A DNA stretch of 64,000 nt from an uncultured Myxococcales bacterium (GTDB lineage: Bacteria; Myxococcota; UBA4151): the NCBI GenBank assembly GCA_964013405.1, contig CAXGWI010000005.1, positions 3,411-67,410 of the forward strand, in the 5' to 3' direction. The position numbers were made by a program, and so were the translations under genes. The notes under the pieces were generated by a model, which searched no databases, was not told the DNA's origin, and saw only the letters and a program-made list of their open reading frames with translations. This document shows, in pieces, positions 17,858-26,513 of the stretch. Within the stretch, counting starts at the first letter, position 1, and every line of letters starts with the position of its first letter.

Positions 17858-18837
17858 GAATCGGGATCCTGCTCATCGCCGCGACGGCCACGGCTTGCCT
17901 GGGGGAATTGGAGTCCTCCCAAAGGGTGAGTCGAACCCGGATTTTAGCCATTCAGGCCGAGCCACCCACGATGATGCTGGGGGCGACGACCCGGTTGCGG
18001 GCCCTGGTGGCGACGCCGCCGGGGGAGGAGGTCGCGGAAACGGCCCTCCGGTGGCTCGACTGTGGTGGCGAAACCCGGCCCGATGAAAGCCGAGATCTGT
18101 GCCAGGAGAACCCGGAGCGCAGCTTGGGAACCGGCTTTGAGGTGGACTACCAGCTCCCCGAAAACCTGGACCCCAGCCTGGTGGCTGAACAGTCCTTTAC
18201 CGGCGGCTACTGGCAACGGGTGAGTTTGCAGGTCGCCGGGGCCGGGGAGAACTTTGACCGGGCTTTTAAACGGGTGGTGGTCCAGCTCCCCGCCCCGGGC
18301 CCGGTCCCGCCGGCCGAAGCCCCCAACCAGAACCCGAACATGGTGGAGCCCGTCGTCGAGATCCTCAAAAAGAACAGCGATGAAGTGGAGGCGGTTCTGG
18401 GGCCCGACGAAGCCCTGAAGCCGGATCTGCGCTACCGGTTCAGTTTCGACTTTCCCCTCGAAGACCACGAAGCCTTCATTCGGCGCTACGTGGATTTATC
18501 CGGCCTCGATTTGGCCAAGGTTGATGACCTCTCTGAGGAGGATTGGCTCCAACGACTCCGGCAGGAGGAGACCTTTGAGAGCCTACGCATGCGGGCTTAC
18601 AGTACCGATGGTCGCATCGGCGAGACCCAGTTAGGGACCACCAAAAACGAGGGCGTTGAGCCCGGTGAGCGGAGCTACTACCCCTTTCATTGGCAATTCA
18701 GCATTCCCCTGACCGAGGGCTTTGAAGAGACGCCTCGAGCCGAGCCTTTGCCCGCGGAGATCCGGCTTTGGTTCATCGTCTATGATGGCCGCGGTGGCAT
18801 CGACTGGTTGGCTTGGAGTCGAGCCCTCGAGCCTTAG
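17851..18837 (+). CDS. Hypothetical lipoprotein downstream of the TonB-dependent receptor
   Basis: Signal with lipobox-like LIAATATAC. The GTG start overlaps the receptor stop. No recognisable domain. Confidence 0.5.
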   Translation: MVRIGILLIAATATACLGELESSQRVSRTRILAIQAEPPTMMLGATTRLRALVATPPGEEVAETALRWLDCGGETRPDESRDLCQENPERSLGTGFEVDYQLPENLDPSLVAEQSFTGGYWQRVSLQVAGAGENFDRAFKRVVVQLPAPGPVPPAEAPNQNPNMVEPVVEILKKNSDEVEAVLGPDEALKPDLRYRFSFDFPLEDHEAFIRRYVDLSGLDLAKVDDLSEEDWLQRLRQEETFESLRMRAYSTDGRIGETQLGTTKNEGVEPGERSYYPFHWQFSIPLTEGFEETPRAEPLPAEIRLWFIVYDGRGGIDWLAWSRALEP

Positions 18838-19476
18838 TTAGCTGCGCTTTCGGATCAGATTGAGACCGTCCCGGACGCTCAGGATGACCTGTTCCACCCG
18901 GTCATCGGCCGCCACCTTTTCATTGAAGGCAGCGAGGGCATGGTCGCTGGGTGCCTGGGGGTTCAGTACATTGCCCGACCAGAGCACGTTGTCGGCCACC
19001 ATGACGCCGCCAGGTCTGAGTTTGGGCAGCAGAAGATCGAAGTAGTTGGCGTAGTTTGCTTTGTCCGCGTCGATGAACACGAAATCGATGGGCTCGCTGA
19101 GATCGGCGAGGGTTTCGAGAGCCGGCCCTAGCCGCAATTCGATCTGCTGATCCTGACCCATCTTTTGCCAGGCCTCTTGGCCTAAGGCCGTGCACTCGGC
19201 GTCCACATCGCAGGTGATCAGTTTGCCGGACTCGGTGAGCCCCTCGGCGATCCAGCTGCTGGCGTAGCCCGTAAAGGTGCCCACCTCCACGGCGAGGCGT
19301 CCACCGCTCAATGCGGTCAGGGTTTTGAGGGTCTGGCCCACCAAGGGACCACTGAGCATCTGGGGCACCTGCATGCGGGCATAGGTCGCTTCCCGCAGCC
19401 AAGTTCGGACGGGATGATCGGCCACCGAATGGCTGCGAGCATAATCTTCGATCGCATCGGGAACGAGGGTGAGCAT
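18838..19476 (-). CDS. Class I SAM-dependent O-methyltransferase (family 3, caffeoyl-CoA O-methyltransferase-like)
   Basis: VEVGTFTGYASSWIAEGL and DFVFIDADKANYANYFDLLLPKLRPGGVMVADNVLW are CCoAOMT-family signatures. Confidence 0.85.
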   Translation of the reverse strand: MLTLVPDAIEDYARSHSVADHPVRTWLREATYARMQVPQMLSGPLVGQTLKTLTALSGGRLAVEVGTFTGYASSWIAEGLTESGKLITCDVDAECTALGQEAWQKMGQDQQIELRLGPALETLADLSEPIDFVFIDADKANYANYFDLLLPKLRPGGVMVADNVLWSGNVLNPQAPSDHALAAFNEKVAADDRVEQVILSVRDGLNLIRKRS

Positions 19477-19586
19477 GGTATGGACTCCTTCAAAAGGGCG
19501 TCAGCCTATAGGCCGAGCAAGGCGACTTGAAAACCGCGACCAGCCGGCGCTCGGCAGCTTGGTTTATTGACAGATGTCGCCGCGGA

Positions 19587-20483
19587 TCACTCCTCGCAGG
19601 TCTGTCCCGATGGCTCACAGGTGACCCAGTCAACGCAGGCCCAGCAGCCATCACGAATAACGCTGACGGTGCCATGTTCGCAGACTGGGCGGGTGCAACG
19701 ACAGGTCAGTCGGTCCTCGGTGGCACAACCATGGGGCGTGCAGGCCTGAACGCAGTCCTCGCAGCCATCACAGCTGGGGTGGGCGCAGTGATTACAGCTG
19801 TGGCTTGCCGGACAGTCTGCGTCATTCTCGCAGGCGCCCTCGCCCCGGGGCATGCAGGTCTCGATGCGCACGCACTCCCAGCACCCCCCTTGGACCGCTG
19901 GGATGTCTGCACCACAATCCGGCATTCCAATTTCACACATGAGTTCCCCGCCGTCATCGCAGGATTCATCACGCCCGGGACCGCCTTCGGGCACGCAGGT
20001 TTCTTCGTCGACGCAAAGCCAGCAACCGTCGATAATCGCCGGGATGTAACCCATATCGCAAACGGGCTCGGCCATGCGGCAGGTGAGTTCACTGCCATCA
20101 TCACAGAAGGTCACCCGTCCCGCACCGGCCGGGCGGCACGTGCGGCTATCCACACAGACCCAACAACTGTCTTGAATCGCTAACATCTCGCCGGCGCCAC
20201 AGGGGGGCTCCTGGGCCGGACAGGTTCGCCGCGTGCCATCATCGCAGCGTTCATCCCGGGCCGGAGCACCGGCGTCGGGGGGTGCGGAACCCGCGTCGGC
20301 GGCCGGCGCTTGGCCCGTGTCAGTTCCTGCGCCGCTATCTTCAACGGGCTCGGGGCCGCTGTCGGTCACGGTGTTCCCCGAGTCCGCGGCTGCCGCCGGT
20401 CCGGCGTCGGCCTCCACATTGTCCTCCGCTGGACATGCGGCGATCAGGCTCAAGGTGAGGCAAGTGGCGATCGTATATCTCAT
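19587..20483 (-). CDS. Cys-rich secreted lipoprotein with about four tandem ~42-aa CDDG...GCWxCV...TCxP repeats
   Basis: AGGGAG lies 6 nt upstream of ATG 20483. Signal with lipobox MRYTIATCLTLSLIAAC. A D/G/A/P-rich linker follows, then repeats such as CDDGSELTCRMAEPVCDMGYIPAIIDGCWLCVDEETCVPEG. The track ORF extends 13 codons further upstream. Confidence 0.6.
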   Translation of the reverse strand: MRYTIATCLTLSLIAACPAEDNVEADAGPAAAADSGNTVTDSGPEPVEDSGAGTDTGQAPAADAGSAPPDAGAPARDERCDDGTRRTCPAQEPPCGAGEMLAIQDSCWVCVDSRTCRPAGAGRVTFCDDGSELTCRMAEPVCDMGYIPAIIDGCWLCVDEETCVPEGGPGRDESCDDGGELMCEIGMPDCGADIPAVQGGCWECVRIETCMPRGEGACENDADCPASHSCNHCAHPSCDGCEDCVQACTPHGCATEDRLTCRCTRPVCEHGTVSVIRDGCWACVDWVTCEPSGQTCEE

Positions 20484-20591
20484 GACGAGCTCCCTAGGCA
20501 GCCTGCCAGCTTGCCCGCCCAAAGGGCAAGGTGGGACAATTGCGGCTGTCGCAGGCCTCGGCTATGACTCTCGCGCCTTCTAGGAGGATTC

Positions 20592-21752
20592 TTGCGTTAC
20601 CCTGCCCTGCTTCTCTCGCTCTTTGTGCTCGCTTGTGCACCCGATGACAGCAATCTACCCGGCGAATTGGGGGGGGAGCCAGAGCCGCCCCCGCCCTACG
20701 ACCCGATGCCTGCGTGGGCGGATTTGGAAGCCGAGGCTTGGACCGAGATCAACCCCGGTTGGAACACCCTCTGCTCTCGAGGTCAGCCTTGGGGCTTCTT
20801 CGTGCGTCCCGGGGACCCGAAGAAGGTGGTGGTTGAGTTTCAAGGCGGTGGCGCCTGTTGGAACTTTGGCACCTGTTCCGTCGCCGACGCCATCTTTAAG
20901 GACAACATCGATGATGTTCGCCAGGCCGTGATGGCGGGCACCTTTAGTGGGATCTATGACCAAAATAATGACGACAATCCGATCAAGGGGTGGACCCACG
21001 TGTTTGTGCCCTACTGTACCGGTGACATCCACTGGGGCGAGTCGGAGATGCTCTACGAACAAGAGGGTGTAGAGTCTTTCAATCTGCACCACAAAGGGGC
21101 CAACAACAGCCGGGCGATGATGTACTGGCTGAGCCAGCAAGGGATCGTGGCGCCCGAAAAGATCTTTGTGACCGGCTGTAGCGCTGGGTCCTACGGCAGT
21201 GTGGGCTGGGCACCTTATTTGATGCAGCAGTACCCGGCAGCGAAGGTTGTTCAGATGGGGGACTGTGGAGCCGGTGTGATCACCGACAGCTTCCTCAGCG
21301 ACTCCTTTCCGGTTTGGGAAGCCCGCAAAATGCTACCCGAATGGATTCCTGCCTTACACCCGGACACGGTCGACCTTTCAAACATGGCCCTCTACGACCT
21401 CTATCGGGAGATCGGCAATCACCACAGTGATCAGCGAGTCAGTCAATACAACACGATCTATGACAGCACGCAGGTGACTTACTTCCGCTACATGGGCGCG
21501 GGCGGTGATGGTGACCCCAGGGAGAACTGGCGTGCCGGCATGCTCGATTCCATGAAGCGAATCGCCGACAGCACCGAGAACTTCCGCTACTTCATCGCCG
21601 AGGGGGAAGATCACTGCATCCTCCACCGCGACAGTTTTTATACGGTCAGCGAAGACGGCACGAGCTTGGTGGATTGGATCAACAGCATGCTCGACGATGA
21701 CACCGTCGAGAACCCGAGCTGTGAGAACTGCGAACCTGCGCTCCTTGAATAG
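20592..21752 (+). CDS. Pectin-acetylesterase/Notum-family (PAE, PF03283-like) serine hydrolase lipoprotein
   Basis: Lipoprotein signal LFVLAC. VVVEFQGGGACWNFGTC matches the PAE GGGWC block. VTGCSAGSYGS is a GxSxG nucleophile elbow. Confidence 0.5.
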   Translation: MRYPALLLSLFVLACAPDDSNLPGELGGEPEPPPPYDPMPAWADLEAEAWTEINPGWNTLCSRGQPWGFFVRPGDPKKVVVEFQGGGACWNFGTCSVADAIFKDNIDDVRQAVMAGTFSGIYDQNNDDNPIKGWTHVFVPYCTGDIHWGESEMLYEQEGVESFNLHHKGANNSRAMMYWLSQQGIVAPEKIFVTGCSAGSYGSVGWAPYLMQQYPAAKVVQMGDCGAGVITDSFLSDSFPVWEARKMLPEWIPALHPDTVDLSNMALYDLYREIGNHHSDQRVSQYNTIYDSTQVTYFRYMGAGGDGDPRENWRAGMLDSMKRIADSTENFRYFIAEGEDHCILHRDSFYTVSEDGTSLVDWINSMLDDDTVENPSCENCEPALLE

Positions 21753-21763
21753 CACAGTGGTTT

Positions 21764-21793
21764 CAGGGAAAGGCTGGAGGGCTTCTTTTCCTG
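21764..21793. terminator. Imperfect hairpin between convergent genes (possible bidirectional terminator)
   Basis: CAGGGAAAG...CTTTTCCTG forms a 9-bp stem with one G-T wobble pair and a 12-nt loop. It lies between the PAE-like gene (+) and ileS (-). There is no clear U-tract. Confidence 0.25.
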
Positions 21794-21818
21794 AGGACCG
21801 AAAGAGACTCGGTCGAGC

Positions 21819-24800
21819 CTAGTCGACGACGAGTCCGAGGGTGTAGTTGTAGTCGCCCACCGACCCTTGGCTCACCAGCGCATCGGCTTGAGGCGCAAGG
21901 CCGGTCTCGATCTCGTTGGCGAGGGTCTCTCCCGCAATCGATGCTGCGAACTGTTTGGCTGCTCTCAACAAAGGTTCGTCCCCCTGCAGGGTCAAGCGAA
22001 TGCGGGCCACATAGTCGAGGTTTTGGTCTTTGCGCAGCGTCTGAATTCGGTTGATCAACTCCCGGGCATAGCCCTCGGTGATCAGGTCGTCGGTGAGCTC
22101 GGTGTCGAGGAGAACGGTGCCGACCGGACCGCCGGCCACGGCGAAGTTGCCTTCTGCCGTCACACTGACCGTGACGTGTTCCTGGGTCAGCCCAAAGCGC
22201 TCCCCATCATCGAGGGTGATCTCGTAGGCGCCGTCGCTGGCAAGCTGGGCCCGCACCTGGCCTGCATCGGCTGCGTCTAGGGCTTTGCGTACCAGCGGCA
22301 TCCGCTTGCCAAAGATCGGTCCGAGGGCCCGGTAGTTGGGCTTCACCTCAAATTGGACTCGGTCTCCTGCGTCCTGGCTAAAGCGCAGCTCCTTCACGTT
22401 GACCTCATTGAGGATGAGCCCCTCGTAGGGCTGCATCCGGGCGGCCAAACCGGTGGAGGCGGGAATGACTTCAGCGAGGGCGAGGGGCTGGCGAATCTTG
22501 AGCTTATGGTGGGTTCGGGTGCTGAGGGCGAGACTGCAGATCTCCCGGACAGCGGCCATGTCTTCGCTTAAGGGGCGGTCGATGAGCTCGGTCTGCACTT
22601 CGGGCCAATCGCAAAGGTGGACGCTCTGCTCGGCCCCATCGATCTGCCCGACCATCAGGTTCTGGTGCAGCTCTTCGGCCAGAAAAGGCACGAAGGGCGC
22701 AATGAGCCGACTCATGGTCACCAGGACCTCGTGAAGGCTGTGGTAAGCGTCCCACTTGTCCTGGTTCTTCTCACCACTCCAGAAGCGCTCCCGGCTGCGC
22801 CGCAACCACCAATTGCTCAAGGCATCGGTGAGGTGGATGATCGCTGCCGCCGCCTCGTGAATGGCGTAGGCGTCCATCTTCGCCGTCACCGTCTCCACGG
22901 TGAGTTGAAGTTCGGAGAGAATCCAGCGGTCGAGAAGGCAGCGCTCGGTGCCCGGGCGCTGAGGCGAGGTGGCGGGCTCGAAGCCGTCGATGTTGCCGTA
23001 GATGACGAAGAAGGCGTAGACGTTGTGGAGTTTTAGCAAGAACTCCTGCTGGGACTGACGGACCGCCTCTGGGCTGTAGCGGGTGTTGTTCCAGGGCGCG
23101 TTCGCCGCATAAAAGTACCAGCGCATCGCATCGGCACCGCTGCTGTCGAGGATGGCATCCGGAGGCGTGTAGTTGCCCTTCGATTTGGATTCCTTCTTCC
23201 CCTTCTTGTCGCAGACATGACCCAGGACGATGCAGTTCTTGTAAGGGTGCGCACCCTCCTTGTCTTCGAACAACAAGGTGCTCACCATCAACAAGGAGTA
23301 GAACCAGCCTCGGGTTTGGTCGATGGCTTCCGAGATGAAATCGGCGGGCCAGTTTTGCTCGAAAGCCTCGGTCCCTTGGTGGGGGTAGCCCCATTGGGCG
23401 AAGGGCATGCAGCCGGAATCAAACCAGCAATCGATGACCTCAGGCACCCGATGCATGGTGCCACCACAGGATTCGCAGGGGACCTCCACCTCGTCGATCC
23501 ATGGTTTGTGGACGATGAGGTGCTCGCTTAGACTCGGATCTTCTTTCTGAGCCGCTTCGAAATGAGCAAAGGCCTTGGGGTTGAGGGCACGGATTTCATC
23601 ACAGCTGGAAAAGGCGCTGCGATCTTCACAAGTGGAGCATTCCCAGATGGGGAGTGGGGTGCCCCAGAAGCGCTCTCGGCTCAAAGCCCAGTCGACATTG
23701 TTGTCTAGGAAGTCGCCAAAGCGACCGTCTTTGATGTGGCCGGGAACCCAGTTGATGGCTTGATTGCTGGCCTTGGCCCGCTCGATCACCTCGGTGGTGC
23801 GGATGAACCAGGCCGGGCGGGCGTATTGGATGAGGGGGTCGTCGTCGGCCCGCCAGCAAAAGGGGTAGTCGTGCCGATAGGTTTTCTCTTCAAACAACAG
23901 ACCACGGTGTTGCAGAGCCCGGATGATGGTCCGGTCCGCATCCTTGCAAAACAGCCCTTCCAGCTCACCCGTACCTGGCAAAAACTTACCGTCGGGGCCG
24001 ATGAGCTGGAGGAGGCCCACGCCGTGTTTCATCGCCGCCCGGTTGTCATCTTCACCAAAGGCGGGGGCGGTGTGGACGATGCCCGTACCGGCGCTGGTGG
24101 TGACGAAGTCCGCATCGATGACCAAGTGATGATCACCGCCTTCGGGAACAGCGAAGTCGAAGAGGGGCTGGTAGCGTTGACCCAGCAGCTCCTCGCCGGA
24201 CACGGTTTTGAGCACTTCGTAGCTGTCTTGACCCAGGACTTTATCCAGGAGGTCCTCGGCGAGAATCAGGACCTCGTCGTCCCGGCGAGCATAGGCGTAG
24301 CGGAGGTTTTTGCGCACGGTGAGGGCGCAGTTGCTGGGCAGCGTCCAGGGGGTGGTCGTCCAGGCGAGGAAGAAGGTCTTGTCCTCCCCTTCGAGGGGAA
24401 AACGAACGGTGATGCTGGGGTCGTCTATGGGCCGGTAGCCCAGGCCAACTTCGGCGCTCGAGAGGGCGGTGCCACCTTGGGGCCACCACCAAACCACCTT
24501 TTTGCCCTGATAGAGCAGACCCCGGTCGAAGAGGGTCTTTAGGGCCCACCACACGCTCTCCACATAGGATTTGTGGTAGGTCACGTAGGCTTCTTCGAGG
24601 TTGACCCAAAAACCGATGCGCTCGGTGAGCTCCTGCCAGACGTCGGTGTAGGTAAAGACCGAGTCGATACAGCGGCGGGTGAAGGCCTCCAGACCGTAGT
24701 CAAGGATGGCTTCTTTGCCGTGAATTCCGAGGGATTTTTCCACCTCCACCTCGACGGGTAATCCGTGGGTGTCCCAGCCGGCTTTGCGGTTCACAAGATA

Positions 24801-25070
24801 GCCCCGCATGGTTTTGTAACGGGGCAGGAGGTCTTTGATGACCCGGGTGAGGACGTGCCCGTTGTGCGGGGTGCCATTGGCCGTCGGTGGGCCTTCGAAG
24901 AAGATATAGGGCTTGGCCCCTTGCCGGGCCGTTAGGCTCTTTTCGAAGATGCCGGCTTCTTTCCAGAATTTCAGGATCCGAGCTTCGAGTCCTGGGAAAT
25001 CCTTCGTCTGCTCCACGGCCTTGAACATGGCGACTCGCTCCTCGGGGCCCGCTTTCTTTGCGCTGGCCAA
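21819..25070 (-). CDS. ileS: Isoleucyl-tRNA synthetase, type 2 (eukaryote/archaeal-like)
   Basis: HIGH-class motif PTANGTPHNGHVLTRVIKD. KMSKS variant KKESKSKGN. The 1083-aa length and N-terminal organisation are typical of type-2 IleS. Confidence 0.92.
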   Translation of the reverse strand: MASAKKAGPEERVAMFKAVEQTKDFPGLEARILKFWKEAGIFEKSLTARQGAKPYIFFEGPPTANGTPHNGHVLTRVIKDLLPRYKTMRGYLVNRKAGWDTHGLPVEVEVEKSLGIHGKEAILDYGLEAFTRRCIDSVFTYTDVWQELTERIGFWVNLEEAYVTYHKSYVESVWWALKTLFDRGLLYQGKKVVWWWPQGGTALSSAEVGLGYRPIDDPSITVRFPLEGEDKTFFLAWTTTPWTLPSNCALTVRKNLRYAYARRDDEVLILAEDLLDKVLGQDSYEVLKTVSGEELLGQRYQPLFDFAVPEGGDHHLVIDADFVTTSAGTGIVHTAPAFGEDDNRAAMKHGVGLLQLIGPDGKFLPGTGELEGLFCKDADRTIIRALQHRGLLFEEKTYRHDYPFCWRADDDPLIQYARPAWFIRTTEVIERAKASNQAINWVPGHIKDGRFGDFLDNNVDWALSRERFWGTPLPIWECSTCEDRSAFSSCDEIRALNPKAFAHFEAAQKEDPSLSEHLIVHKPWIDEVEVPCESCGGTMHRVPEVIDCWFDSGCMPFAQWGYPHQGTEAFEQNWPADFISEAIDQTRGWFYSLLMVSTLLFEDKEGAHPYKNCIVLGHVCDKKGKKESKSKGNYTPPDAILDSSGADAMRWYFYAANAPWNNTRYSPEAVRQSQQEFLLKLHNVYAFFVIYGNIDGFEPATSPQRPGTERCLLDRWILSELQLTVETVTAKMDAYAIHEAAAAIIHLTDALSNWWLRRSRERFWSGEKNQDKWDAYHSLHEVLVTMSRLIAPFVPFLAEELHQNLMVGQIDGAEQSVHLCDWPEVQTELIDRPLSEDMAAVREICSLALSTRTHHKLKIRQPLALAEVIPASTGLAARMQPYEGLILNEVNVKELRFSQDAGDRVQFEVKPNYRALGPIFGKRMPLVRKALDAADAGQVRAQLASDGAYEITLDDGERFGLTQEHVTVSVTAEGNFAVAGGPVGTVLLDTELTDDLITEGYARELINRIQTLRKDQNLDYVARIRLTLQGDEPLLRAAKQFAASIAGETLANEIETGLAPQADALVSQGSVGDYNYTLGLVVD

Positions 25071-25156
25071 AAGAAAGAATCAACGGCTGTTCCCAGTGAA
25101 TGCCAGGGCCTTCTCCCGGTCTAAGATTCTCGATACAAGGATCTTAGGAGCACGGA

Positions 25157-25684
25157 ATGACCCATGTGATCGGCCTCTTTGTCTTACTCGCTGGCCCCAG
25201 CAGTGTGCCTGCAAAGGGCTCCGCACCTTCGAAGGCCCCGGCGGTCAAGTTGCCGGCCGTCCCCAAGGTCAATGTTCCAAAGTTGCCCAGCCCAGGCCTG
25301 GCGAAACCGGCGAAGCCCTTAGCCACCAAGGGCAAGTTGAAGCCGATGCGCCCCCGGGCCTTCTACAAACTGCGTCGCCGCCTTCGCCAGGCTCAGGGCG
25401 CCCAGGCTCGCCTGCGAGTCCTCAAGCGTGGGCTGAAGAAATGGCATGTGGATCTCAACCAAAGCGAGTTGCTCATCAAAGGCTTCAAGGGGGAGCAGGT
25501 TCGCATCGCTGCCTTTAAGGTGATCCGGCCGAAAATGGTGTCGAAGCGGCAGGGGATGGTTGGTTGGTGGGCCGTCGACGGCGCCAACTTTCGACCGGCC
25601 CAAGTTCGCCGGTTTCAAGGGCTGTTTCACAGTAAGAACGGCAAGAGTATCGTCGATTTCGGCGGCAGTCAGCTCAAGCCCTAA
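25157..25684 (+). CDS. Secreted basic Lys/Pro-rich hypothetical protein
   Basis: Signal peptide followed by KxP/PxK low-complexity sequence (PAKGSAPSKAPAVKLPAVPKVNVPKLPSPGLAKPAKP) and a basic C-terminal half. Confidence 0.45.
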   Translation: MTHVIGLFVLLAGPSSVPAKGSAPSKAPAVKLPAVPKVNVPKLPSPGLAKPAKPLATKGKLKPMRPRAFYKLRRRLRQAQGAQARLRVLKRGLKKWHVDLNQSELLIKGFKGEQVRIAAFKVIRPKMVSKRQGMVGWWAVDGANFRPAQVRRFQGLFHSKNGKSIVDFGGSQLKP

Positions 25685-26513
25685 GGTAACCTAGATCTTC
25701 TCGGCGCGTCGTGAAGACCAGGTGTAGGCAGGTCCAAACGTAAAAGGCATTTTGACCAAACCAACCGTCCAGGACGGGGGCGTAGCCGGCCCGCCACAAG
25801 AAGAAGCTGATGAGCATGATGCCATTGACCGTCAGCACATCCCGTACATAGGGCCCCATACGCTCCGGTTTGCCGGCGAAGCGCAAACCGTAGAACAGAT
25901 ACCAGTTGAGGTAGTGATACAGAATGATCGCACCCCAAAGGGTATCTGCGGGGATGCGCCGCCCGGCCAGATAGAAACCTGCGAGGATCAGCCAGGCGCC
26001 AGCAAAGTAGGCTGAGATCCCGTCGCTTCTCCATTGTCGCAGCGGTGCCAGCGCCAGTCGGGCAAGCCAAAGGGCGAGACTTAAAGCAAAGGCAAAGCCC
26101 AGACCTTCAAAAGCGTAGAGGTGTTCCAGTTCGTAGGCTGCGAGCATCAGCAGCGCAGGAAGGATCTCGAGGAGGCCTTGGAGCGTGGCCCGGCCGCCCA
26201 TCAGATGCCGCTCATCACTGAGCATATGCCAGGCAAAATAGATGCTCGTGACCGCAGCCAGGAGCAGGGCGTCCTGGGTCAACCAGTAGCCGCCAGCAAA
26301 GACGAGGACCGCGAGACCGTAGCTGAGGAGGAGGGTGCGGCTGACCTTTTTTGCCTTGAAGCGATAGAGGTAGGCGATCACGAAATGGCCCTGGCCCACC
26401 ACGATGAACAACAGGACCATGTCTTTTGGCGCAAGCAGCAGGGCACAGGCGACGGTGATCAGACCGCTGATCAACTTCTCGCTACTGCGGGGGTATTGGA
26501 GCAGCCAGGTCAT
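25674..26513 (-). CDS. Integral membrane protein (hypothetical), co-transcribed with the acyltransferase
   Basis: Multiple hydrophobic helices. There is a 4-nt overlap with the upstream acyltransferase-3 gene. Confidence 0.5.
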   Translation of the reverse strand: MTWLLQYPRSSEKLISGLITVACALLLAPKDMVLLFIVVGQGHFVIAYLYRFKAKKVSRTLLLSYGLAVLVFAGGYWLTQDALLLAAVTSIYFAWHMLSDERHLMGGRATLQGLLEILPALLMLAAYELEHLYAFEGLGFAFALSLALWLARLALAPLRQWRSDGISAYFAGAWLILAGFYLAGRRIPADTLWGAIILYHYLNWYLFYGLRFAGKPERMGPYVRDVLTVNGIMLISFFLWRAGYAPVLDGWFGQNAFYVWTCLHLVFTTRREDLGYLRA

